Part shown: piece after piece, positions 1 through 7,812 of the stretch | How the letters are laid out: every line of letters starts with the position of its first letter | How positions within the stretch are numbered: position 1 is the stretch's first letter | Assembly: GCA_022840825.1 (NCBI GenBank) | Contig: JALHDB010000001.1 | Location: 211,763 to 275,762 of the forward strand | Length of the DNA stretch: 64,000 nucleotides | Direction: 5' to 3' | From: Negativicutes bacterium | Lineage (GTDB): Bacteria; Bacillota; Negativicutes; JALHDB01 | Translations under genes and position numbers: made by a program | Notes under the pieces: model-generated | What the model was told of the DNA's origin: nothing | Database searches by the model: none | Seen by the model: only the letters and a program-made list of their open reading frames with translations

Positions 1-255
1 TTTATTATACATTTAACATGAAATAATGACAATTATATAAAGATGGTGACGGCGTAGAATGCCAAAAGAACGAAGTCCTAATTTTGCTATCAGCGCTAAA
101 TTTGTAAAACCAGCTGCCTAAAGAAGTCATGAACCTGGATTTTATCGCTGTAAAATATTATAATATATATAAACATGAGTTTGAAAAAATCGATAAAGTA
201 ATGATCATTTGTTTAAGGTCGGTACTCATGTATATCGGTAAGACTAGGTAAGTAG

Positions 256-471
256 GTGATTTTGATGTTGGAAAAGCTGTTTAAACTAACCGATAAAAAT
301 GCCAAGGTGGTACTTAATTCAGGTGAGAGTTTCATCTGTGTGCCGTTGCAGTATCTGGAGGAAGAATACGAATCTTTTCTGGTAAGGGTGTCTGAAACCT
401 CAGGCATGTATAGCCAAGGTTCCCTAGTTGAGCTTGAAGAGTCGCAAATTAAATCTGTTGTTCAAGTATAA
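256..471 (+). CDS. hypothetical small protein (71 aa)
   Basis: ORF with an AGGTGA-like RBS upstream, followed by a hairpin and T-run. No recognisable family. Confidence 0.3.
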   Translation: MILMLEKLFKLTDKNAKVVLNSGESFICVPLQYLEEEYESFLVRVSETSGMYSQGSLVELEESQIKSVVQV

Positions 472-526
472 AGGCGCTTAAGTTATTACATAAAGCGCTT
501 TTATATTTTTAATTTTCGTCAAATTA

Positions 527-550
527 AACACTCTCAAGAGTGTTATTTTT
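527..550 (+). terminator. rho-independent terminator-like hairpin
   Basis: aacactc-tcaa-gagtgtt stem followed by attttt, just downstream of the 256..471 ORF. Confidence 0.4.
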
Positions 551-777
551 ATGCCCAAAACGCAGTGACCGGCCTTAAAAACTTGCTGCGGAAAAAGGCG
601 ACGGCTTAAAAATGGAGGTAAGGAAATGGACGGCGATGCCACCAATGAACGCTCCGCCAGGTAATCAGCAACAACGGGGAGGTCTAAATAAAAATAGTGA
701 ATACCGGCCGTAAATCCGCCAATGAGCACGGCTACATATCCAGTTTACACGAATAGGATAATATGGAGGTGAAATAA

Positions 778-1341
778 ATGATAAAAGGTATCGATGTATC
801 TGTGCATAACGGAATGATAGATTGGCAAGCCGTGGCTGCTGCCGGTATTGAATTTGCCATAATTCGTTGCTCCTATGGTCTCCAATCTAAAGATGCAATG
901 TTTGCTCAAAACATCGCCGGGGCAAAAGCGGCCGGTCTGCAAGTCGGCGCATATCATTATTCCTATGCCCTGAGTGTAGAAGATACAATCCAGGAAGCAG
1001 CCAACTGCCGGGAGGCGATTGAGACAGCGGGGATAGCACTTGATCTTCCTGTGTTCTTCGACATGGAAGACGCGGACGGATACAAATCACGAAATGGTTT
1101 TTCCTTTGATCCTGCAGAAATTACGGCTATGTGTCAGGCTTTTATTGAAAATGTCGGCATTGACTGTGGTATTTATGCTTCTTACTATTGGCTGACTGAT
1201 TATATAGACTGGCGCAGCATAGGTTGTGCAGTTTGGAATGCGCAGTGGGGACCGAATGACGATATCCAAGGATATATCTGGCAGTATACTGATTCCCTAG
1301 AAATCGGCGGGCAATTGTTTGACGGAAATATTAAATATTAG
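778..1341 (+). CDS. GH25 family muramidase (lysozyme, phage endolysin-like), catalytic domain only
   Basis: N-terminal GIDVSxHNGxIDW and IEFAIIRxSYG motifs typical of glycoside hydrolase family 25. Strong GGAGGTGA RBS. Confidence 0.85.
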   Translation: MIKGIDVSVHNGMIDWQAVAAAGIEFAIIRCSYGLQSKDAMFAQNIAGAKAAGLQVGAYHYSYALSVEDTIQEAANCREAIETAGIALDLPVFFDMEDADGYKSRNGFSFDPAEITAMCQAFIENVGIDCGIYASYYWLTDYIDWRSIGCAVWNAQWGPNDDIQGYIWQYTDSLEIGGQLFDGNIKY

Positions 1342-1346
1342 GAGGA

Positions 1347-1535
1347 ATGAACATGGATTGGTTGATTAAAAAGTTAAAGGCAGTAAGCAATTCCCTGGCT
1401 GGAAAAGCCGAGTATTTAGAGAAACTGGATGCCGAAACCAAGGCCAAGATTAATGCCGATACCAAGCGGGCCTTTTGGCTTGGAGTTGGTAGTCTGGCCA
1501 TCATTGAGGGAGTTTTATACCTGGTGGTGAGGTAG
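1347..1535 (+). CDS. small tail-anchored membrane protein (62 aa), possible holin-like lysis accessory
   Basis: Starts 5 nt after the endolysin stop with a GGAGGAA RBS. Amphipathic N-terminus and a single C-terminal TM (FWLGVGSLAIIEGVLYLVV). Confidence 0.45.
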   Translation: MNMDWLIKKLKAVSNSLAGKAEYLEKLDAETKAKINADTKRAFWLGVGSLAIIEGVLYLVVR

Positions 1536-1545
1536 GTGTTATTGA

Positions 1546-1974
1546 TTGGTTCAAAAAATATTGTCATTATTATTGTGTTGTTTTTTATTGCTATTGCCGG
1601 TTGGTACGTGTTCGGCCCAGACCTATCAAGTGACCGATCCGGAATTGACGAGGCTCGAACAAATATTCAATCAGCTAGCGAGCAACAATCAAAGGCTGCT
1701 GAACGAATTAAGTCAGTCGAAACAGGACTTGACGATAGCGCGGCAAAAGCTGGCCGAATATCAACAGGACTTGCAGGCACTGCAGCGGCAATTGCTAACG
1801 TTGAAACAAGAATCGATTCAGGCCAAAACGGAGCTCAGTCAAGCGCAGAGCTCATTGCAGAAGGCCAATCGATCCTTGCAAGAATACGAAAAAGAAATCA
1901 ATTCTAAAATGAAGAAAATGAAACTGCAACAAGCGATATGTGTGCTTGCTGCAGTCATACTGGCTGTTAGATAG
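1546..1974 (+). CDS. secreted/lipoprotein-like coiled-coil protein with C-terminal TM (142 aa), unimolecular-spanin-like architecture
   Basis: TTG start preceded by a GGTGAGGT RBS. N-terminal signal/lipobox-like LLPVGTCSAQ and Q/L-rich heptad repeats. C-terminal TM (ICVLAAVILAV). The stop is immediately followed by a terminator. An alternative frame, 1536..1907, is also open. Confidence 0.5.
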   Translation: MVQKILSLLLCCFLLLLPVGTCSAQTYQVTDPELTRLEQIFNQLASNNQRLLNELSQSKQDLTIARQKLAEYQQDLQALQRQLLTLKQESIQAKTELSQAQSSLQKANRSLQEYEKEINSKMKKMKLQQAICVLAAVILAVR

Positions 1975-1985
1975 CTCCTTAGGTT

Positions 1986-2022
1986 GCCGCTCTGTCCTTC
2001 GGGATGGGGCGGCTTTTTTGTT
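1986..2022 (+). terminator. rho-independent terminator
   Basis: GC-rich hairpin gccgc...ttcg...gcggc followed by a tttttt run. Confidence 0.7.
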
Positions 2023-2051
2023 TATTTCACTTAGACAATAGTCTCATTAAG

Positions 2052-2669
2052 TTACAATTTTCGGTTAGGCTGAAGTGGAAGATGAATTGATATTGCTTCA
2101 CCAGCTTCAAACAATGCTTTGTCAACTGCAGTTAATCCAACATCTTTGCTTCTTATTGATACCCATGAAACGACTCTGTCATCAAGAAAAACCGACTCTT
2201 GATCATTTGCTGCCTTGGCTGTAATGATATTGCTGTAAATAGTTTGCTTAGTATAGATATCAAATATTTTAACTGTCATGGAAGCTGAGAATTTTTTCCC
2301 ATATCTAAATAGAGCGACCTGTTCTTTTCTATTAAAGGGATGTAGTTCTAAATATACGGCATAATCAATTTCATCATTCGCAAAAACGTTTATTATTTCT
2401 TTATCTGCTGATTTCGAAGTGGCAAGAGTTGCCATTATTTTATAATATTTTTGATGATTAATTACTTTATAAAGTCCGTCTACTTTTCTATGAAGAAAAT
2501 TTGTAATATGTTCATTTAGAACATCATCGAAAGCGCTTTTGGAGTTATTAATAAAAACTAAAGTGACAGTCGCTTTTTCACGTTCTTGTGCATTTGTGAC
2601 ACTTAATGCGCAAATAACATTAAAACTGATTATTAGAGCTATTATAATCCTTAAAACCATAGTAATCAC
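2052..2669 (-). CDS. secreted protein of unknown function, paralog A (205 aa)
   Basis: N-terminal signal peptide. Shares conserved blocks with the adjacent gene (FINNSKSAFDD, DYAVYLELHPFNRKE). Local GC ~30%. Confidence 0.7.
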   Translation of the reverse strand: MITMVLRIIIALIISFNVICALSVTNAQEREKATVTLVFINNSKSAFDDVLNEHITNFLHRKVDGLYKVINHQKYYKIMATLATSKSADKEIINVFANDEIDYAVYLELHPFNRKEQVALFRYGKKFSASMTVKIFDIYTKQTIYSNIITAKAANDQESVFLDDRVVSWVSIRSKDVGLTAVDKALFEAGEAISIHLPLQPNRKL

Positions 2670-2672
2670 TCA

Positions 2673-3284
2673 CTAATCTTTTTTTTCAGGCTTTTTTAAA
2701 GGTAAACGAACTTTTATAACTGAATTCATTTTTTCAAGTGCTTTATTCAATGCTTTTAAAGATACAGATTTATTGCCTATGCCACCGAGCATAGTTGAAT
2801 CAGAAGCAAACTCAGTAAACTTACCGTTATACAAATATTTATTTTTTGAAAGATCAATTATTTTTAATGGTATAATAGCAGTCATATCAATACCATACGT
2901 AAAGAAGGTTTGTCTCTCTTTCCTAATAAAAGGTTGAAGTTCACAAAAAAGAACATAATCAACATTTTCACCTTTAAATACATCAATAATATCGGATCTC
3001 TCAGCTGTTGCAATATCAACTATACCTGATTTATTTAATAACTCTATATAGCGGGTTCCAGGTATAATATTATAATTCTTTTTCAATAAACTATCAAAAT
3101 TATCCATTATTGTTTTGTTAATTTCATCATCATAGGTAGTTTTCGCATTATTAATATATAATAATGCTACATTTGGCTGGTTCTCTTTACTTGAAGAAAA
3201 TTCAAAAGCATGTGCATTCGGGATGAAAGTTACAGAAAATAATATAGCTGTAACTATGAAAAGCATTAATATTTTTTTCATCAT
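2673..3284 (-). CDS. secreted protein of unknown function, paralog B (203 aa)
   Basis: Signal peptide with AHA cleavage site. Paralogous blocks YINNAKTTYDD and DYVLFCELQPFIRKE. Strong GGGGGG RBS. AT-rich. Confidence 0.7.
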   Translation of the reverse strand: MMKKILMLFIVTAILFSVTFIPNAHAFEFSSSKENQPNVALLYINNAKTTYDDEINKTIMDNFDSLLKKNYNIIPGTRYIELLNKSGIVDIATAERSDIIDVFKGENVDYVLFCELQPFIRKERQTFFTYGIDMTAIIPLKIIDLSKNKYLYNGKFTEFASDSTMLGGIGNKSVSLKALNKALEKMNSVIKVRLPLKKPEKKD

Positions 3285-3462
3285 AGTCCCCCCTAATAAT
3301 TTTAGTGAAAAAAAAGTAAATTACATACTAAATTTTTCCTTTTTAAATAATACCATAAATATCAAATAATTACAAAAATAAAATATTATCCCCCGCTTTG
3401 GCAGGGCTTATTTTTTTACACCAATTACCAACGGGTTTAATACTTGCTTTTCTCCTATAGGC

Positions 3463-3665
3463 ATGTGTGGATAAGTTTTTATTCGGGTAATCGTAGAGCA
3501 TGATGAAGATGGCAATATCCGTCCACTGTCGTTGAAATGGACAGATGGCCGAATTTTGCAATTGATCGGATTTTAGACGTACGCCAGGCTGTAGCTTTAA
3601 GGCTGAACACACGTGCTTTGAGTTTATAGCAAAATGCAAATTTGTGGTATAATGAAACATAGAGT
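3463..3665 (+). pseudogene. degraded paralog of the small dinB-downstream gene (21858..22088); premature stop and frameshift
   Basis: Translation VFIRVIVEHDEDGNIRPLSLKWTDGR aligns with KIFVKVTAEHNTDGQIRPLIITWTDGR of the intact gene. Shared nucleotide strings ATCCGTCCACTG and AATTTTGCAATTGATCG. TAA at codon 4 and a 1-nt deletion. Confidence 0.6.
3624..3653 (+). promoter_or_regulatory. candidate sigma-A promoter with extended -10 (TGGTATAAT)
   Basis: tgg-tataat at 3645..3653, about 35 nt upstream of the RBS/start of 3691..4089. Confidence 0.4.
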
Positions 3666-3690
3666 TGGAACTGAAAGAAGGAGATAGAGT

Positions 3691-4089
3691 ATGAAATTTA
3701 AGCCTTTAGTTGTTTGTTTACTTGTAGTTGCATCTCTATTTGTAGGAATAGCTTCTGCATTTGCAGCAAATTGGATATATGTAGGGCATACGAAAAATGG
3801 ATATTCGTGGTATGTGGATGGCAACACATCTAAGAGAATCGGTAATACTGTTGTTTTTTGGCAGTTGATTGTTTGGGATACGCCTAGTAAAAGTGGCGTG
3901 AAGAAAGGTATGATTAAAATAAAAGCTACATTGTCTAACCCTCGTACAAGGCAGACTCTAGAAACATATGCATATGATTCCAATAATAAAGAGATTACTC
4001 ATAATCTTCATCCTGGGGAAATTAATCGGGTTTCTCCAGGCTCAATAAATGATAACTGTATTGATATTGCTCTTAAATATGCAAAATAA
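3691..4089 (+). CDS. small secreted protein of unknown function (132 aa)
   Basis: GGAG RBS, signal peptide with ASAFA cleavage site, terminator downstream. Confidence 0.6.
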   Translation: MKFKPLVVCLLVVASLFVGIASAFAANWIYVGHTKNGYSWYVDGNTSKRIGNTVVFWQLIVWDTPSKSGVKKGMIKIKATLSNPRTRQTLETYAYDSNNKEITHNLHPGEINRVSPGSINDNCIDIALKYAK

Positions 4090-4127
4090 AATAGAAATAT
4101 TTGTAATGGCGGCGGGATATGATGTAT

Positions 4128-4160
4128 AAAACACGGTATAGACTTGTGCCGTGTTTTTGT
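4128..4160 (+). terminator. rho-independent terminator
   Basis: acacgg...ccgtgt hairpin followed by ttttt. Confidence 0.6.
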
Positions 4161-4200
4161 ACATATGAGTTTAGTCATATTCTTCGAATAATACAGATAA

Positions 4201-4420
4201 TCATATGAAGGCAATGAAATAACTTTGATTGATGTTTTGGGGACAGCTCCGGACGAAGTCGCTGAAAAGGTTGAAAGTCAATGTGAACAAGAAAGGCTAA
4301 GCCTGCATATTAATTGCTTAAGCAGACGGGAAAAATGGGTATTGGAGATGAGATTTGGTATTCCGGATGGTCACAAGTACGGATGATTAGAGAGGTGAAA
4401 TAAAGCTGTAGCAATATTGA
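4201..4420 (+). pseudogene. 3' fragment of a SigK/SigE-like sporulation sigma-70 factor gene (region 3 to 4.1; region 4.2 decayed)
   Basis: An in-frame TAA at 4198 is followed by EGNEITLIDVLGT...LSRREKWVLEMRFGI, a sigma region 3/4.1 signature. Premature stop at 4384. A +2 frame retains a weak SRIEKRA-like remnant. Confidence 0.7.
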
Positions 4421-4484
4421 ATATTTTCTTGTCTTGCGACATACCACCGGTAGAGCTTGCTGACAAAATAAGGGGAGTAGCATA

Positions 4485-5372
4485 ATGGACAAAATTACGG
4501 TAATGGCTAACCGGGCAAGAGCGGCTTTTAATGCGAAGCAGGCCAAGTTGCCTCGCGAGATTGTTCCTGTAGGTTCTTTTTCTCAGCGTATTTTAACGAC
4601 CTTTGCTGGCAGCACCTCTATAATAATATATCGCCCACATACAGCAAAGGAAGAATTTCTACCCGTTTTTGTCAATATTCACGGTGGTGGGTTCGTTATG
4701 GGTAGCGCATGTGATGATGACGTATGGTGCAGAAAAATTGCAAATATCGTGGGTTGTGTTGTTATCAATATCGATTACCACCTTGCTCCAGAGCAGAAGT
4801 TTCCAGTAGCACTGGAAGAGTGCTACTATGTTATCAAATGGATATATACTAATGCATTAGAGTTAAATATTGATCCTAATCGCATAGCCGTTGGCGGGCA
4901 TAGTGCCGGTGGTAATCTGGCGGCGTCATTATGCCTGCTGTCAAGGGATAGGGGGGAATTTCCGATAGTGTATCAGGTACTGAACTATCCTCCACTAGAC
5001 TTGTCTATCGACCCATTCAATCGTCCATCGACAGATAGCTTACTGACACCAAAGGCACAAGACTTTTTCAATTCTTGTTATTTTAACACTGCAGCGGATG
5101 CTCTTAACCCCCTAGTTTCTCCTTTACTAGCTGCAGACTTGTCCGAATTACCGGACGCCCTAATCATTACGGCAGAATATGACCCCTTAAGACAGGATGG
5201 AAAAGTATATGCCGAACGTTTAGCAGAAGCCGGTGTTGAGGTTACGTATAGAATGTTCCCGGGATGTATGCATGCGTTCACTCATTTTAGTTCACATAAG
5301 ATGTCTAAAGAGGCCTGGGCGTTGATATATTCTCAACTAAAGAGAGCTTTTGGGGTAGGGAAAAACAATTGA
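4485..5372 (+). CDS. alpha/beta hydrolase fold-3 esterase/lipase (HSL family)
   Basis: HGGGF oxyanion motif, GHSAGG nucleophile elbow, C-terminal His region. Confidence 0.85.
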   Translation: MDKITVMANRARAAFNAKQAKLPREIVPVGSFSQRILTTFAGSTSIIIYRPHTAKEEFLPVFVNIHGGGFVMGSACDDDVWCRKIANIVGCVVINIDYHLAPEQKFPVALEECYYVIKWIYTNALELNIDPNRIAVGGHSAGGNLAASLCLLSRDRGEFPIVYQVLNYPPLDLSIDPFNRPSTDSLLTPKAQDFFNSCYFNTAADALNPLVSPLLAADLSELPDALIITAEYDPLRQDGKVYAERLAEAGVEVTYRMFPGCMHAFTHFSSHKMSKEAWALIYSQLKRAFGVGKNN

Positions 5373-5441
5373 AATTAATACTGCGTCTGATTTTATTAAT
5401 ATCAGAATAGTGGACATACTAGCTGTAAAGGAGGGTTATAA

Positions 5442-5702
5442 TTGACTAGTATGGTTTGGATGTTAATCATAGGGGCAGTTGCAGGATGGTTGGCAGGAAA
5501 TTTAGTAAGAGGACATGGATTTGGATTATGGATAGATATGATTGTTGGGGTAATTGGTGCATTTATCGGTAATTTTTTATTTTCAATGGTAGGAATAGGA
5601 ACATTTGGGGTAATTGGAAGTTTCATATCAAGTTTGGTCGGAGCGGTAATATTTGTTTATATAATTAGGATGTTTAGTAATAAATCGACCGGAAATAAAT
5701 GA
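5442..5702 (+). CDS. GlsB/YeaQ/YmgE family transglycosylase-associated membrane protein
   Basis: Gly-rich three-TM small protein (AGWLAG...GIIGAFIG) typical of this family. Confidence 0.85.
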   Translation: MTSMVWMLIIGAVAGWLAGNLVRGHGFGLWIDMIVGVIGAFIGNFLFSMVGIGTFGVIGSFISSLVGAVIFVYIIRMFSNKSTGNK

Positions 5703-5802
5703 AATAAAAAGGTGTAATTGGTATTAACGCCAGAGGATTTGAACAAATCGCCAGCGATACCCTCGGTACAAAACAGAATACTATAAACATAGTATATATA
5801 AT

Positions 5803-5848
5803 AATCCTTCCTGTCATGGAAATGACATGAAGGATTATTGGCATTTTA
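5803..5848 (+). terminator. terminator-like hairpin
   Basis: 15-nt arms aatccttcctgtcat / atgacatgaaggatt (one mismatch) followed by a T-rich tract. Confidence 0.5.
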
Positions 5849-6270
5849 TGGGGAATTTTTTTTAAGAAGTATTTCGTTTGACATTATAAACAGATATTGA
5901 ATAAGTAATATATTTGGGGGAGAGCAGTCCCAAATTACCGGATAAAGGCGTAATAAAATGGGTAATATTAGCACTAGGTGTTAGGGATTATATCAGAATG
6001 TGCCTGCTGAAGAAAAGTTGCCAGCAGTGGCTATCCTATACTATTGACATTACGGAATCTTGAATAAGAGGTACGAGTGGGCGATGATCTGAATCTTCAC
6101 TAAATTATGCAGGGCTACGTTTATGATTTTACGATAGGTAAAATGGTAATTGGTTTGATGATACGGCACAGGCGTTATATAATCAGGATTAGAGAAGGAT
6201 AGCTGGGGCAATCCAGGAGTAGATTGACTCGGTATAGGTATGGACTTGCTTAACAAAGGAGAGCTGTTTT

Positions 6271-7737
6271 TTGACGTTCAAAATTTCCGTGGTATTAACT
6301 GTAATGGTTGTTTTAGTAGGAGCAATTTTTCCTACGGTTTTAGCAAAAATGGCCCAAAATATGTTTGAAGGAATTATCGCTAGTTTCGGTTGGTTTTACT
6401 TATGGGTTACCTTAGGTTTCTTAGTATTTTCGCTTTATTTGGCCTTTGGTCCGTATGGAAAAATTCGTCTGGGACATGACGAAGACAGACCCGAATATAC
6501 CAATCTTACTTGGTTTGCTATGTTATTTAGCGCAGGTATGGGTATAGGCCTGGTATTCTGGGGTGTGGCTGAACCGATGTTTCATTATATAAGTCCGCCG
6601 ATGGGACTAGAAGGTAGAAGCGCGGAAGCTGCCAGGGTGGCGTTACGCTATGCTTTTTTTCACTGGGGACTTCATCCTTGGGGGATTTATAGTATAATGG
6701 CTCTGGCTCTTGCGTACTTTAACTTCCGAAAAAACAGCAAAAATCTTATCAGTGCTACGTTTACCCCGCTTATTGGCCGCGCAACAGAAGGTATTCTGGG
6801 TAAATCAATTGATGTGTTTACAATCATTGCTACTGTTTTCGGGGTGGCAACTTCCTTAGGATTGGGTGCTTTGCAGGTTAATAGCGGTTTGAGCAGTATG
6901 TTTGGGTTACCTGGTAGTGTAATGATGCAGATTATCATTATTGCCTGTGTAACTGTGTTATACATTCTTTCGGCTTCGACCGGCTTAGATAAAGGAATTA
7001 AGATATTAAGTAATGTAAATATAGTTTTGGCTATCACATTGATGCTATTCGTATTAGTAGTAGGACCAACCTCATTTATATTGGATGTTTTTACACTCAC
7101 TTTTGGCGAATATGTTCAAAACCTGCTTTATATGAGTCTGCGCATGAGTCCGTTTACGCAAGGCAGTTGGATGAGTCAGTGGACATTGTTTTATTGGGCT
7201 TGGTGGATTGCATGGGCACCATTTGTCGGTTCCTTTATAGCACGTATCTCACGGGGACGCACAATTCGGGGATTTATTTTAGGTGTTCTGATTGCACCCA
7301 GTATTTTTGGCTTTTTCTGGTTCTCCATATTTGGCGGAACAGCTTTAAATCTGGAAATATTTCGTGGCTACTCTATCGGTGAAGCTGTGCAGTCAGATAT
7401 GGCATCAGCGTTGTTTGCCACTTTGGAATATTTGCCTCTCGGAAAAGCTGTAGCGTTATTATCGTTGTTATTGATTATAAGTTTTTTTATTACTTCCGCC
7501 GATTCTGCTACTTTTGTGTTAGGTATGTTTTCCACTGACGGAAATCCAAACCCCAGTGCGGGCATAAAATTGACGTGGGGGATATTGCAATCTTCAATTG
7601 CTACGGTACTTCTTGTAAGTGGCGGGCTCATGGGATTGCAACAGGCTTCAATCATTGCATCTTTGCCTTTTTCGGTCATAATGATCTTTATGTGCATTTC
7701 ACTTTGGAAGTCGTTAAGGAATGAAAAATTCAAATAA
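6271..7737 (+). CDS. BCCT family betaine/carnitine/choline transporter
   Basis: 488 aa, 12-TM. BCCT signature WxxFAMLFSAGMGIGLVFWGVAEP. Confidence 0.9.
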   Translation: MTFKISVVLTVMVVLVGAIFPTVLAKMAQNMFEGIIASFGWFYLWVTLGFLVFSLYLAFGPYGKIRLGHDEDRPEYTNLTWFAMLFSAGMGIGLVFWGVAEPMFHYISPPMGLEGRSAEAARVALRYAFFHWGLHPWGIYSIMALALAYFNFRKNSKNLISATFTPLIGRATEGILGKSIDVFTIIATVFGVATSLGLGALQVNSGLSSMFGLPGSVMMQIIIIACVTVLYILSASTGLDKGIKILSNVNIVLAITLMLFVLVVGPTSFILDVFTLTFGEYVQNLLYMSLRMSPFTQGSWMSQWTLFYWAWWIAWAPFVGSFIARISRGRTIRGFILGVLIAPSIFGFFWFSIFGGTALNLEIFRGYSIGEAVQSDMASALFATLEYLPLGKAVALLSLLLIISFFITSADSATFVLGMFSTDGNPNPSAGIKLTWGILQSSIATVLLVSGGLMGLQQASIIASLPFSVIMIFMCISLWKSLRNEKFK

Positions 7738-7812
7738 ATTTAATATTGGGCGGTTAGTTTTATGCTGTGCAAAAAGCAGCCTCGCCTTGCAATATGGCTG
7801 AGACTTCGGTAT

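Noticed and set aside
1536-1907. Alternative 123-aa frame overlapping the coiled-coil gene
   Set aside because: The 1546..1974 frame has a better RBS, a signal peptide, and ends right at the terminator. The alternative frame is kept only as a caveat, since coiled-coil DNA often leaves other frames open.
3370-3660. 96-aa minus-strand ORF from the track
   Set aside because: Its span coincides with the plus-strand pseudogene (paralog of the dinB-partner gene), which explains the sequence better. No RBS and no homology.
4310-4546. 78-aa minus-strand ORF
   Set aside because: Overlaps the sigma-factor fragment and the esterase start. The plus-strand interpretation has clear homology.
6687-7100. 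Multiple antisense or embedded ORFs inside long genes (for example 6687..7100, 12998..13336, 35951..36280, 43294..43662)
   Set aside because: Each lies entirely within a strongly supported CDS on the other strand or frame and has no independent signals.
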